NCBI GenBank assembly: GCA_963674735.2
Contig: CAXXQS010000002.1
Coordinates: 192,001-256,000, forward strand
Source: Myxococcota bacterium
GTDB lineage: Bacteria; Myxococcota_A; SURF-8
Direction of reading: 5' to 3'
Length of the DNA: 64,000 nucleotides
Below the pieces are notes generated by a model. It ran no database searches, was not told the origin of the DNA, and saw only the letters and a list, made by a program, of their open reading frames with translations. The position numbers and the translations under genes are program-made. The first letter of the stretch is position 1. Each line of letters begins with the position of its first letter. Shown here in pieces: positions 31,046 to 40,490 of the stretch.

Positions 31046-31135
31046 AGAACCGTTAATTTGCGAAAAGCGATTGCATTCCGGCCAAATATTCTGTATTTTC
31101 AGAAAACTTTGAAACATCTGTCCGGCAGGAGTTCC

Positions 31136-32101
31136 ATGCAGCATCGTACCCGCGCCTATTCGTTCCGTATGCTCTCAACCGCCTGCGCTCGTCTGGCGAT
31201 TTTCGTCTGGCTGACGGTGTTGCTGCTCGCGCTGGCCGCCTGCGGTGGCGACGATAGCAGCACCGATCCCTGGGACAACGGGGACGCCGACACTCCGCTC
31301 GACGGCGATTCGGATACGGACGGCGATCGCGAGATGGAGGCCTCCGACGGCGGCCAGGACTACAGCCCCGAAACGCTCAGCGGCCTGTGGGCCACCAAAT
31401 ACGCCTCCGCCTATACCGTCGTGCTGCCGGTCTTCAACCAGAAAGTGCAGATGATCCTCACCGCCGTCACGCGCAACCAGGCCGAGGTTGTCGACCGCGA
31501 CATGAGCTTCACGGAGGAGGTCTGCGACTTTTCGATCTCGATCGTGGAGGATATCGACTTCCACGTCACCTTCCCCCAGGACTCCGTGGACGCCATTCCC
31601 ACCGAACAGCGCCGGGGCGTCTTCGATGAACTCGCCGCCGGCAGCGCGTTTACCGTGGATCAGACCCTGGACATCTACGGCCTCGCCGCCGACAGCTTGG
31701 ATGACCCCATTCACGATCCCCTGCCCACCGAGGACGACGATCCGGCGGTGGTGGACTTCGAAAGCGACGGCAACCCGGGTGTCACCGCCCGCATCAGCGG
31801 CATCGTCCAGGGCGAGGTGTACGTGCTGTTCCGCCTGCTGCGCGACACGCTGGGCCAGGTGGTGAGCGACCGCCTGATCGAAGGCCAGGTGGACGGCACC
31901 GTGGAAATGGTCACCATCGGCTCCAACAGCCCCGTACTGTTTTTGCAGCTCGACCTCAAACCCCACCCGTTACCGGAACTCAACCGCTTCGAGTTCATCC
32001 GCCTCAACGAGGATCTCGACTGCCCCACCCTCGTGGAACGCCAGCGTGAGTTGTTCAGCTACGACCCCATGGATGTCGCCGTTCCCCTCGAAGACGACTA
32101 G
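31136..32101 (+). CDS. Hypothetical lipoprotein with a DGD linker
   Basis: Lipobox LAAC; DGDSDTDGD; D.E.DGNPGVT Ca-loop-like motif; CAGGAG RBS. Confidence 0.75.
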   Translation: MQHRTRAYSFRMLSTACARLAIFVWLTVLLLALAACGGDDSSTDPWDNGDADTPLDGDSDTDGDREMEASDGGQDYSPETLSGLWATKYASAYTVVLPVFNQKVQMILTAVTRNQAEVVDRDMSFTEEVCDFSISIVEDIDFHVTFPQDSVDAIPTEQRRGVFDELAAGSAFTVDQTLDIYGLAADSLDDPIHDPLPTEDDDPAVVDFESDGNPGVTARISGIVQGEVYVLFRLLRDTLGQVVSDRLIEGQVDGTVEMVTIGSNSPVLFLQLDLKPHPLPELNRFEFIRLNEDLDCPTLVERQRELFSYDPMDVAVPLEDD

Positions 32102-32201
32102 AGCCGGAGCGACGTCAAGGCCTTTCGTATCGCTGATGGCGGCGTGGGATGAATCCTTGCGGCTGACGCGCGGCGGGGAGCCGTGACAGACGCGATGATT
32201 C

Positions 32202-32273
32202 ATGGGTGGCATAGTCTCACGGTTGAAAACCGGGAGGCCTCCCGAACGTTCCGTTCGTGAGACTATGGCACAC
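32202..32273. repeat. Second REP-like inverted repeat with the same termini as 30282..30357
   Basis: ATGGGTGG-CATAGTCTCACG ... CGTGAGACTATG-GCACAC (perfect 12-bp arms). Confidence 0.55.
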
Positions 32274-32413
32274 GTTCTTTATCGGGAGGCCTTCATGCCG
32301 GAAATGGTTTACGAAATGGCGGACGCATCGGGAGGTTTGACGCGCGGCTTCGTCGTGACCGAACGCACGGGGCAGCCGAGTAATGGCGAAACCCGATTCG
32401 CAATATAAAGCAT

Positions 32414-32449
32414 AAACGAAAACCGGCCGAAGCGTGTGCCCCGGCCGGT
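32414..32449 (-). terminator. Probable ahcY terminator
   Basis: ACCGGCCG/CGGCCGGT stem followed by UUUCGUUU. Confidence 0.6.
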
Positions 32450-32474
32450 GTGCGTGTCGGATTCGGATCGCGGA

Positions 32475-33737
32475 TCAGGTTCCGGCGGAATAATCGTTCA
32501 GGTAGGCGACCTGCTCGGGGGTGAGCTTGTCGATCTTGAAGCCCATGGTGGCGAGCTTCAGACTGGCTACCCGATCGTCCTGCTCTTGCGGGATATCGTG
32601 CACGTCGTGGCCCAGTTTCGGACCGTTTTTGGCCAGATACACCATGCTCAGGAACTGGTTGGCGAAACTCATGTCCATCACTTCGGAGGGATGCCCCTCG
32701 GCGGCGGCCAGGTTCACCAGACGGCCCTGGGCCAACACGTAAATGCGACGTCCGTTGGGCATCAGGTATTCTTCGTTATTGGGACGAATTTCGCGTTTGG
32801 ACTTCGCCACCTGGCCGAGTTCCTTCAGATTGATCTCGCAATCGTAGTGGCCGGTGTTGCTCACCACCGCGCCATCTTTCATGCGCTCGAAATGACGCTT
32901 GACGATGACGTCCTTCATGCCGGTGGCGGTGATGAAGATGTCGCCCTCGCGCGCGGCCTGGTCCATTTTCATGACGCGGAAGCCTTCGAGCGTCGCCTTG
33001 AGCGCCTGCACGGCGTCCACTTCGGTGACGATGATGTTGGCCCCGAGGCCCTTGGCGCGCATGGCGCAACCGCGTCCGCAATGACCGTAGCCCGCCACCA
33101 CGAAGGTTTTTCCGGCCAACAGGATATTGGTGGCGCGGATGATGCCGTCGATGGACGACTGCCCGGTGCCGTACACGTTATCGAATTCCCACTTGGTGGC
33201 GGCGTCGTTCACGGCGACCACCGGGTAAAGCAGCTTGCCCGCCGCACCCATGGCCCGCAGACGATGTACGCCGGTGGTGGTTTCTTCCGTTCCACCCAAC
33301 ACGCCCGCCGCCAGCTTGGGATATTTGTTGTGGATGGTGAAAATCAGATCCGCGCCGTCATCGAGAGTAAGCGTGGGTTTGAAATCAAGCGTCCGGTCGA
33401 TGCACCAGTAGAAGTCCTTCACGCTCTGGCCATGCCAGGCATAGACCGCAAAGCCGTCTTTGGCCAGTGCCGCCGCCACGTCATCCTGGGTGCTCAGCGG
33501 GTTGCAGCCGCTCCAGGCGATACGCGCCCCGGCGGCCTTGAGCGTGCGCACCAGAACCGCCGTGTCCTTGGTGACGTGCAGACAACCCGCAATACGCATC
33601 CCCTTCAAGGGTTTGGTCTTGGCATATTTTTCCCGCAACGCCATCATCACCGGCATGCGGGATTCGGCCCATTCGATCTTTTTACGTCCCTGGGGGGCCA
33701 GTTTAAGGTCTGCTACTTTATGGCTTACCTTCGCCAT
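32475..33737 (-). CDS. ahcY: Adenosylhomocysteinase
   Basis: GCLH, CNPLSTQD, DDGADL, EETTTG, K..FDN.YG, GYGHCGRG, NTGH, GRLVNL...GHP. Confidence 0.98.
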   Translation of the reverse strand: MAKVSHKVADLKLAPQGRKKIEWAESRMPVMMALREKYAKTKPLKGMRIAGCLHVTKDTAVLVRTLKAAGARIAWSGCNPLSTQDDVAAALAKDGFAVYAWHGQSVKDFYWCIDRTLDFKPTLTLDDGADLIFTIHNKYPKLAAGVLGGTEETTTGVHRLRAMGAAGKLLYPVVAVNDAATKWEFDNVYGTGQSSIDGIIRATNILLAGKTFVVAGYGHCGRGCAMRAKGLGANIIVTEVDAVQALKATLEGFRVMKMDQAAREGDIFITATGMKDVIVKRHFERMKDGAVVSNTGHYDCEINLKELGQVAKSKREIRPNNEEYLMPNGRRIYVLAQGRLVNLAAAEGHPSEVMDMSFANQFLSMVYLAKNGPKLGHDVHDIPQEQDDRVASLKLATMGFKIDKLTPEQVAYLNDYSAGT

Positions 33738-33852
33738 TGTTCCTCCTCCAATCGCTCTACGCTGGTGGTCCTAAGAAGTGATGGCCGGATCCGCTGGGCC
33801 GGACCGCTCCCAATCGAGGCACAGATACCCGTCCGGGGCCGAAAAATTAAAA

Positions 33853-34028
33853 AAAGGCCCGCCATAGCCGTGTGGTCGCAGTAACTTTAGCCCGTTCGAA
33901 CTAGGTGGGTCCAACTGTGACGTTTCAGGCTGCCCTTGCGGGTCTGCTCACGACGCCAGGAAGCCGGTCCCGGGCTTTATGCTATCGAGCGTTAGTTCAA
34001 TCTGCCCATCACGAACCAAGCAGGCTTT
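33853..34028 (-). ncRNA. ssrS: Probable 6S RNA
   Basis: About 176 nt; ends pair (AAAGCCUGC / GCGGGCCUUU); contains blocks I recognise from 6S RNAs (GUUCGUGAU, UUGAAC, GCCUGAA, CCCACC, CACGGC); has its own promoter and a 3' U-run. Confidence 0.7.
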
Positions 34029-34033
34029 CTCCA

Positions 34034-34062
34034 ATAGTAGCGGCTCCACCTCCCGGCGTCAA
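34034..34062 (-). promoter_or_regulatory. Sigma70 promoter of the putative 6S RNA
   Basis: TTGACG-N17-TACTAT. Confidence 0.75.
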
Positions 34063-34113
34063 GGGTTTTGGCATCGCCCGAATCGGGGGATTGCCGCTTT
34101 TCGTTTTTTCACG

Positions 34114-34138
34114 AAAAGGGCCCGCTGGAAAGCGGGCC
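34114..34138 (-). terminator. Probable terminator of the GPG-repeat gene
   Basis: GGCCCGCU-UUCC-AGCGGGCC then CUUUU. Confidence 0.6.
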
Positions 34139-34174
34139 GTGAGCAGAAAAAGTGAGGATGTTGAGGAGGGTGAG

Positions 34175-35275
34175 TTACTGGAGAGCCTCGTAAAATGCAT
34201 CCGACATCAGTAAGTGACGAATCAGCATCGCATGTCCCTGGTGTTGCTTACCCGCACGGCGACCGAAACCCTTCGCGCCATCCGGATCCCCCGCACCCAT
34301 ACCTTGTCCCAGCCCCATACCTTGTCCCGGCCCCATACCTTGCCCCGGACCCATGCCACGCCCCGGTCCCATACCCGGTCCCGGACCCATACCTTGCCCC
34401 GGACCCATGCCACGCCCCGGTCCCATACCCGGTCCCGGACCCATACCTTGCCCCGGACCCATGCCACGCCCCGGCTTCATACCGCGACCCGGACCTTTTT
34501 CGCAGCGAGCCTGCATGCGGTCGAGCAACACCGCCGGAATATTGGCCGCCAATTCACTGCGTTTTGCGAGGTACTCCTTTTCAGGCATCGCGCGAATGTT
34601 TTTTATCATCTCGACGAATTGCTCACGCTGCCGGTTTCCCATCTGCGCTTTACGACCGCGACCCTTTTTCCCTTTCTGGCCTCGTCCCCGCTCGATGAAA
34701 CGGTCGATGGCGAAATCGGGAGCGCCGCGCAACTGGTCGATCAGGTCCAAGGCATCTCCCGAACAACCCAGTTGCTGGAAAAGCTTGGAGCTGCCCCCGA
34801 TAACCGTCGCCATCGGGTCAAAGGCGCGCAACCGATCGACCTGCGCTCCGGTAAAGCTTTTCAACAGCCGATCGAAGGTGTCGTCGATGGACTTCTTATA
34901 GCCATGCATATTGCCGATATGAACGCCGAAAGCCTCTTGATCGGTCTCACTGGCCTCGGCCGGTTCGCGTCCGGCCTTGATGTCGCTCAGCACGGCATTC
35001 AACCGGGATTTTTCGGTTTCCTGCCACTTTTTCATTTCGGTCTCGATTTGGACTTCGATTTTGCGGATGTCGTCGATCAAAGCACGCATTTCTTTTTTCT
35101 GATCGGCACTGAGATCCAGCTCCCGAACCAACAAAGTCGCGGCCACCTCCTGCCGCAAATCCATCAATTCATCGTTTTTCAGGTTTCGCCACGGCTGCGC
35201 ATAGGCAGAGACCTCCAGCATGAGTGCGAACGCCAAAAACAAGCCCATTATCGATAAAGTAAATCTCTTCAACAT
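34175..35275 (-). CDS. Exported helical protein (Spy/CpxP-like start) with GPGxGM repeats
   Basis: Signal peptide ending AYA; LDLSADQK motif; AGGAGG RBS. Confidence 0.7.
   Translation of the reverse strand: MLKRFTLSIMGLFLAFALMLEVSAYAQPWRNLKNDELMDLRQEVAATLLVRELDLSADQKKEMRALIDDIRKIEVQIETEMKKWQETEKSRLNAVLSDIKAGREPAEASETDQEAFGVHIGNMHGYKKSIDDTFDRLLKSFTGAQVDRLRAFDPMATVIGGSSKLFQQLGCSGDALDLIDQLRGAPDFAIDRFIERGRGQKGKKGRGRKAQMGNRQREQFVEMIKNIRAMPEKEYLAKRSELAANIPAVLLDRMQARCEKGPGRGMKPGRGMGPGQGMGPGPGMGPGRGMGPGQGMGPGPGMGPGRGMGPGQGMGPGQGMGLGQGMGAGDPDGAKGFGRRAGKQHQGHAMLIRHLLMSDAFYEALQ
34298..34495 (-). repeat. Eleven 18-bp coding repeats (GPG[R/Q/P]GM) with a 54-bp higher-order period
   Basis: Directly visible. 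Confidence 0.9.
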
Positions 35276-35377
35276 GTTAAGCCTCCTAACGAAGGGGTTT
35301 CGATTTCGTTTCCTTCTGCCTCAAAGACGCCCAAAGCGAAAGAATGTTACAAAAATCAAAATGTGTTCGCTTTTTTC

Positions 35378-35405
35378 TTGACTTCCCCTACGCTTTCCGT
35401 AAAAT
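35378..35405 (+). promoter_or_regulatory. Promoter of the tRNA pair
   Basis: TTGACT-N16-TAAAAT. Confidence 0.7.
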
Positions 35406-35426
35406 CACGACTCGCTATTCGGCTCC

Positions 35427-35502
35427 AGGCGGGTAGCTCAGCGGTTAGAGCACCGGCCTTACAAGCCGGGGGTCCGCGGTTCAAATCCGCGTCCGCCTAC
35501 CA
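35427..35502 (+). tRNA. tRNA-Val(TAC)
   Basis: Full cloverleaf: AGGCGGG/TCCGCCT acceptor, CCGGC-CTTACAA-GCCGG anticodon arm, TTCAAAT T-loop, CCA end. Confidence 0.97.
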
Positions 35503-35543
35503 AGCCTTTTCGAGTCGAGCGGTCAGTGGTTCTTTTCAAATAC

Positions 35544-35620
35544 GGGGTGGTAGTTAAGTTGGTTATAACGCCGGCCTGTCAAGCCGGAGGCCGGGGGTTC
35601 GAGTCCCCTCCACCCCGCCA
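35544..35620 (+). tRNA. tRNA-Asp(GTC)
   Basis: GGGGTGG/CCACCCC acceptor, CCGGC-CTGTCAA-GCCGG anticodon arm, TTCGAGT T-loop, CCA end. Confidence 0.97.
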
Positions 35621-35632
35621 CTTTTTCAGCGC

Positions 35633-35660
35633 AATCCCCCGGGAATTCCCGGGGGATTTT
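35633..35660 (+). terminator. Perfect 26-bp palindrome after the tRNAs (probable terminator)
   Basis: AATCCCCCGGGAATTCCCGGGGGATT followed by TT. Confidence 0.7.
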
Positions 35661-35738
35661 AAGTATTTATGGTCTTGGGGGGTTTGGGTCATCTATCCAT
35701 TTCCGTTTTTGTGCCGCTATTGTGCCGTAAACCTGCAT

Positions 35739-35906
35739 TTACTTCACCGCCCGCAGCCTTGAAACGACCTCATCCAGGCGTTCCACGGCTCGTCTCGTCA
35801 ATTCGTCGGATGTGTGCGCATAGCGCTCCGTCATCGTGATAGAGGCATGCCCAAGCAGTTCCTGAATGGTCCTCAGATGGACACCCTCTATAGAGGTCAA
35901 GCTGGC
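35739..35906 (-). pseudogene. C-terminal remnant of a tyrosine recombinase/integrase
   Basis: GVHLRTIQELLGHASITMTERYAH (catalytic H and Y box); no HxLR motif upstream in frame; points toward the tRNA-Asp 3' end. Confidence 0.85.
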
Positions 35907-36156
35907 CTCGCAACTCTCAACGAGCCAGCCATTCCGCACTCCCGACAGATGATTATTTATTCTGTATTTACAGAGCGTTGAATCCCCTCCTCCATGCGGC
36001 CACTCACAAAATCGAGCCGTTGCGGTAACGCGCCGGTTCGAACACGCCTCTTTGAAAAAGGAGGGGCCGCGCATAGTAAGACATAAAGTAACAAAGGAAT
36101 TTACCGATAATCTTAGTTGTAGTGCAGTTAATTCCGAATCTTGAATTGGATGCAAC

Positions 36157-39100
36157 ATGATCGACTCAAAGCGCCATAAAGATACGTCCTACAAAGCCGT
36201 GTGGAATTGGTTCCGATATTTCATCAAATACTTCATCCCCGGCATGATCTTGGTTTCCCTTTTCCTCTACCTGGCGTTTTTCGTTCTTTTTCCACTTATC
36301 GAATCGACCAGCATCCAAAAAAAGCGCGAGATGATTCAAAATCAGGTTTCAATCGTTTATTCGATCGTGAATCATTACCACACGCGTTCCCAACAGGGGA
36401 AATTAAGCGAAGAAGAAGCGAAAAAAACGGCGATGGAGACGGTTCGAGTTCTTCGTTATGGGGCTGACAAGCGTGACTATTTTTGGATCAACGACATGAA
36501 CGGCGTCATGTTGATGCATCCCTACCGACCAAACCTCGAAAACCGGAACCTCCTTGAAATGCAGGACAAGGGCGGTAAAAAGCTATTCCGTGAATTCGTA
36601 AATGTGGCAAAAATGAAGGGAGATGGCTTCGTTGATTATTATTGGCAACACAACGACGATGCCAGCTTCATAACGAAAAAAATCTCTTATATCAGCCGAT
36701 TTGAGCCCTGGGACTGGGTTATCGGGACCGGGGTTTACATCGAGGATGTCAAAGCCGAATTGTCTATTTTAACATCCAAAATATTGAGCTACCTGTATTT
36801 CAGCATCTTTATGACGATAGCGATTTCACTATTCACAAGCATCCAAACGCTGCGATTACAGAAAAGGCGCGACGAGTATCAAGAACAAATTATCGAAATG
36901 GAACAATGGTACCGCGCCATTCTCCTCCACATCGATGAAGGAATCGTAGTCTGCAATCTTTCCGAACAGATTCTATTTATGAACGCCAAAGCAAAATCCC
37001 TCCTCGGTGTCAACGAGCAAGACACAGGCGACAAGAAATTGAACGATCTCTTCTCGATAACGACTAACGAGGGCGATAAGACGGTGGTTTTGCCGGTCGG
37101 CGAAATGAAAACGGTCGAACGAAAATACATCGTAGCTCGTCGAAAAACGAGCCGTGGCGATTTGAGTTACCTCGCGTTCAACCTGGCTCGATTGGACGCC
37201 GACCTTTTCGGTACGGAAATGGTCATCATTGCCATAAGCAACGTCACAAATCAAACGAGTGTAATGCTTGAAACGGAGGAATATGCAAAGCAATTGGATT
37301 CCATCATCGAATCCAGAACGGAACAGCTGGTTAAAGCCAACAACGACCTGAAGCTTGCCCAGCTTGCCATCAATTCCGCCGCAGACGGCATTTCATTCAT
37401 CGATGCCACAGGAAGCGTCATTTCCGCCAACGACGCCGAAGAAACCATTTTAGGGATCCCAACCGAAACGATCGTGGGTTCGATACATCCCGCGATTCAA
37501 CAGGCCCTCTCCACAGAGGAAAGTATCGCGTCCAGCCTATCCAATAGCAGCGTATGGCGAGGATCGATCACATACAAACAAAAAGACAAGGAAGACAAGC
37601 CGCTGGAACTGACCCTGACCCCGATTCCGAAACGAATCGGGGATCGGCAGACCTTCATGCTCATCGAAAAAGACGTTACCGAAAAGCGCCGGCAGGAGGA
37701 ATCGCTTTACAGACTAAAGGCCGCCTTCGAACAATCGCTGGACGGAGTAGCCATATTGGATATGGAAATGAAAATACTGTTCGCCAATCAAGCGTGGGCC
37801 GTCCTCCATAACCAACAATCCGACTCCCTCATCGGTCAAGATTACCGGAGCTTTCATACCGACGAAGAAAATGAATCGGAGATGTGCGTCTTTTTTGATG
37901 AATTGCACAAAAAGGGAAATGCAACCGGGGAAATCACCCTCCGGGGCCAGGATGGTCACGATATACCGACAAGCAGCACCGCCACCATTATCTATAACTC
38001 AGAAATGAAACCCAGCGCCATACTGGTTATCACAAAAGACGTGCGAGAACAAAAAGAATACGAAGCGGCCCTTAAACAATCCGAATTGAAATTTCGAAGC
38101 TTATTCGACTACTCCAGCGACGCTATTTTTATCCTTGAAGATGGGCAGATCGTTGATTGTAACAATAAATCCTTGGAAATGTTTCGAGTCGATTCCCATG
38201 AAAGTATGCTCGAATATTCCGTAGAAGATCTATCCTTCCCCTATCAGATTGGAGAAGAACCGGCATCCATTAAAAAGACTGAACATATCGAAGCGGCCAT
38301 TCGGAATGGAAACGAAAGCTTTGAGTGGTCTCACCGTCGGACAAACGGAGAAGTTTTTCAAGCCGATGTCCATTTGAGCCCTATTCGGATCGGCGATCGA
38401 GTTTTTGTCCAGGGAGTCATTCGTGATTTGACGGAAAAACACCGGATGGAAATGGAGCTGCGGCAGGCTCAGAAGCTCGAATCCATCGGTCAGCTTGCAG
38501 CCGGAATCGCGCACGAGATCAACACGCCGATTCAATTCATCGGCGATAGCATCTTTTACCTCGAAGATGCATGTAAGGATGTAACAAACCTGGTCGCGAG
38601 ATATAAAGGCCTTCTGGGAAATGTTGACGACGCAGAAGAAAGAAAAGCCATACGGGAGCTTGAAGAAGAAATCGATGAAGACTGCGATCTGGAATTTCAT
38701 ACCGAAGAAACGCCGAATGCGTTTGAGCGTATCAAACGCGGGACCGACCGTGTCACGGCCATCGTTCGAGCTATGAAAGAGTTCGCGCACCCCGATTCTT
38801 CCGAAATGGAATTTTCCGACCTCAATCGTCTCATCGAAACGACAGTGACGGTCGCTACAAACGAGTTTAAATACGTGGCGGAATTGAAACTCGAACTCAA
38901 CGAGGTCCCGCAGGTCTACTGTCATCGCGGAGAAATCAACCAGGTGTTGATCAACCTCATTGTCAATGCAGCGCATAGTATCAAAGACAAGAGTGAAACA
39001 TCCGATGGGATGGGGCTCATCAGGATCCGCACGGAAGAGATCGACGGTTTCGTGCAAGTCTTAATTTCAGACACGGGAATGGGAATCCCGGAAGGAATCC

Positions 39101-39279
39101 AGGAACGTATTTTCGATCCGTTTTTCACCACCAAGAAAGTGGGCGTGGGAAGCGGTCAGGGGTTGGCGATCAGTCGAAACCTCATCGTTGAAAAGCACAA
39201 AGGGAAGCTTTTTTTCACAACCAAGAAGAACGAAGGAACCACATTCCACATTCATCTCCCGTTGGAGAAATCACCATGA
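36157..39279 (+). CDS. Sensor histidine kinase (single Cache + multiple PAS + HisKA/HATPase)
   Basis: DYFWIND...MLMHP..P.L...F.PWDWVIGTGVY Cache domain; QKLESIGQLAAGIAHEINTP H-box; NLIVNA, DTGMGI, FDPFFTTK, GSGQGL. Confidence 0.95.
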   Translation: MIDSKRHKDTSYKAVWNWFRYFIKYFIPGMILVSLFLYLAFFVLFPLIESTSIQKKREMIQNQVSIVYSIVNHYHTRSQQGKLSEEEAKKTAMETVRVLRYGADKRDYFWINDMNGVMLMHPYRPNLENRNLLEMQDKGGKKLFREFVNVAKMKGDGFVDYYWQHNDDASFITKKISYISRFEPWDWVIGTGVYIEDVKAELSILTSKILSYLYFSIFMTIAISLFTSIQTLRLQKRRDEYQEQIIEMEQWYRAILLHIDEGIVVCNLSEQILFMNAKAKSLLGVNEQDTGDKKLNDLFSITTNEGDKTVVLPVGEMKTVERKYIVARRKTSRGDLSYLAFNLARLDADLFGTEMVIIAISNVTNQTSVMLETEEYAKQLDSIIESRTEQLVKANNDLKLAQLAINSAADGISFIDATGSVISANDAEETILGIPTETIVGSIHPAIQQALSTEESIASSLSNSSVWRGSITYKQKDKEDKPLELTLTPIPKRIGDRQTFMLIEKDVTEKRRQEESLYRLKAAFEQSLDGVAILDMEMKILFANQAWAVLHNQQSDSLIGQDYRSFHTDEENESEMCVFFDELHKKGNATGEITLRGQDGHDIPTSSTATIIYNSEMKPSAILVITKDVREQKEYEAALKQSELKFRSLFDYSSDAIFILEDGQIVDCNNKSLEMFRVDSHESMLEYSVEDLSFPYQIGEEPASIKKTEHIEAAIRNGNESFEWSHRRTNGEVFQADVHLSPIRIGDRVFVQGVIRDLTEKHRMEMELRQAQKLESIGQLAAGIAHEINTPIQFIGDSIFYLEDACKDVTNLVARYKGLLGNVDDAEERKAIRELEEEIDEDCDLEFHTEETPNAFERIKRGTDRVTAIVRAMKEFAHPDSSEMEFSDLNRLIETTVTVATNEFKYVAELKLELNEVPQVYCHRGEINQVLINLIVNAAHSIKDKSETSDGMGLIRIRTEEIDGFVQVLISDTGMGIPEGIQERIFDPFFTTKKVGVGSGQGLAISRNLIVEKHKGKLFFTTKKNEGTTFHIHLPLEKSP

Positions 39280-40490
39280 CGGAAAAGCCGCAGATCCTTT
39301 TTGTTGATGACGAAAAGGGAATTCTGGATAGTATCAAAGTCGTTTTACGCAAATACCGGAAAATTTGGGAAGTTTTACTGGCTTCCAGCATGGAGGAAGC
39401 GCTGGAAATCGTTGAATCGAATAACATCGATATTCTCATTTCCGATTTCCGTATGCCGGGAAAATCCGGACTCGATCTTCTTGAACTGATACGGAAAGAT
39501 CATCCGAATATTATTCGTATCATTCTTACGGGACAAATAGAGACGGAACAAACCATCAGGTCCATCTCCACCGCGCAGCAATTTATCAGCAAGCCAATCC
39601 GCTCCGACGAGCTCACCTCGATCCTCGAACGTAATGTCGCGTTACTTAAGTACGTTGACAATCCTTATCTGAAAAAATCGATCGGGTTTATCGGAAATCT
39701 ACCATCCAAGACAAGCACCTACAACAAATTAACATATCTGCTTGGAAAACCGACGGCCACGATAACGGATATGGCTTCCGTCGTTGAACACGATCTGGCC
39801 ATAACGGCCAAAATCCTGCAAATTATCAACTCCTCCTTTTTCGGTTTGGTCAAAGAAGTCACCAATATCAAAACGGCCGTTACACTTCTTGGAGAAAATG
39901 TTCTTCGCAGTATCGTTCTCAGCGAAGAAGTGAAGAAAGTCCTCGGTACGGAGAAATTTCCAGACGGCTGGTCGATGAATGCGCTGCATGAGCACAGTAT
40001 AAGATCGGCGATTATGGCTTCTAAAATTGCCCGAACCCCTGCTGAAAAAGAACAGGCTTTCATTTCAGGTTTCTTGCACGATTTCGGCATTCTTATCATC
40101 GCCTGCAAGTTCCCGGACTTGTTCAAAGAGCATGACCAATTATCGAAAAAGCGCTCCTGTCCGATAAGCGATGTTGAATACGAAAAATTCGGAATATCGC
40201 ATGCCGAGATCGGCGCTTACATGTTGGGACTTTGGGGACTGCCCTTTGATATTATCGAAGCCATTGCTCACCACCACACCATCATGAACTACCCGATGGA
40301 AGAGCTAGGCCTGGTCGATTTGGTCTTTTTGGCGGATATCGCATCCAAAGTTTCTGCCGATGATCCCGGTTGGGAAAACGTTTTTGATGAGCGGTACGAA
40401 GAACGATTGAAAAAGCTATCGAATAAGGACGAAGCAATTATCGCAATTGATAAGCTTAAAAGCATCATCAGCCATGGAGTTTCCGAATGA
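39276..40490 (+). CDS. Response regulator with an HDOD output domain
   Basis: FVDDE/SDFRMP receiver; DLAITAKILQIINSSFFG, LHDFG, HAEIGAYMLGLWGLP, HH. Confidence 0.9.
   Translation: MTEKPQILFVDDEKGILDSIKVVLRKYRKIWEVLLASSMEEALEIVESNNIDILISDFRMPGKSGLDLLELIRKDHPNIIRIILTGQIETEQTIRSISTAQQFISKPIRSDELTSILERNVALLKYVDNPYLKKSIGFIGNLPSKTSTYNKLTYLLGKPTATITDMASVVEHDLAITAKILQIINSSFFGLVKEVTNIKTAVTLLGENVLRSIVLSEEVKKVLGTEKFPDGWSMNALHEHSIRSAIMASKIARTPAEKEQAFISGFLHDFGILIIACKFPDLFKEHDQLSKKRSCPISDVEYEKFGISHAEIGAYMLGLWGLPFDIIEAIAHHHTIMNYPMEELGLVDLVFLADIASKVSADDPGWENVFDERYEERLKKLSNKDEAIIAIDKLKSIISHGVSE

Noticed and set aside
32436-33884. 482-aa plus-strand ORF
   Set aside because: Antisense shadow of ahcY
33738-34030. 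SAH or SAM riboswitch upstream of ahcY
   Set aside because: Consensus cores not found; the region fits a 6S-type RNA better
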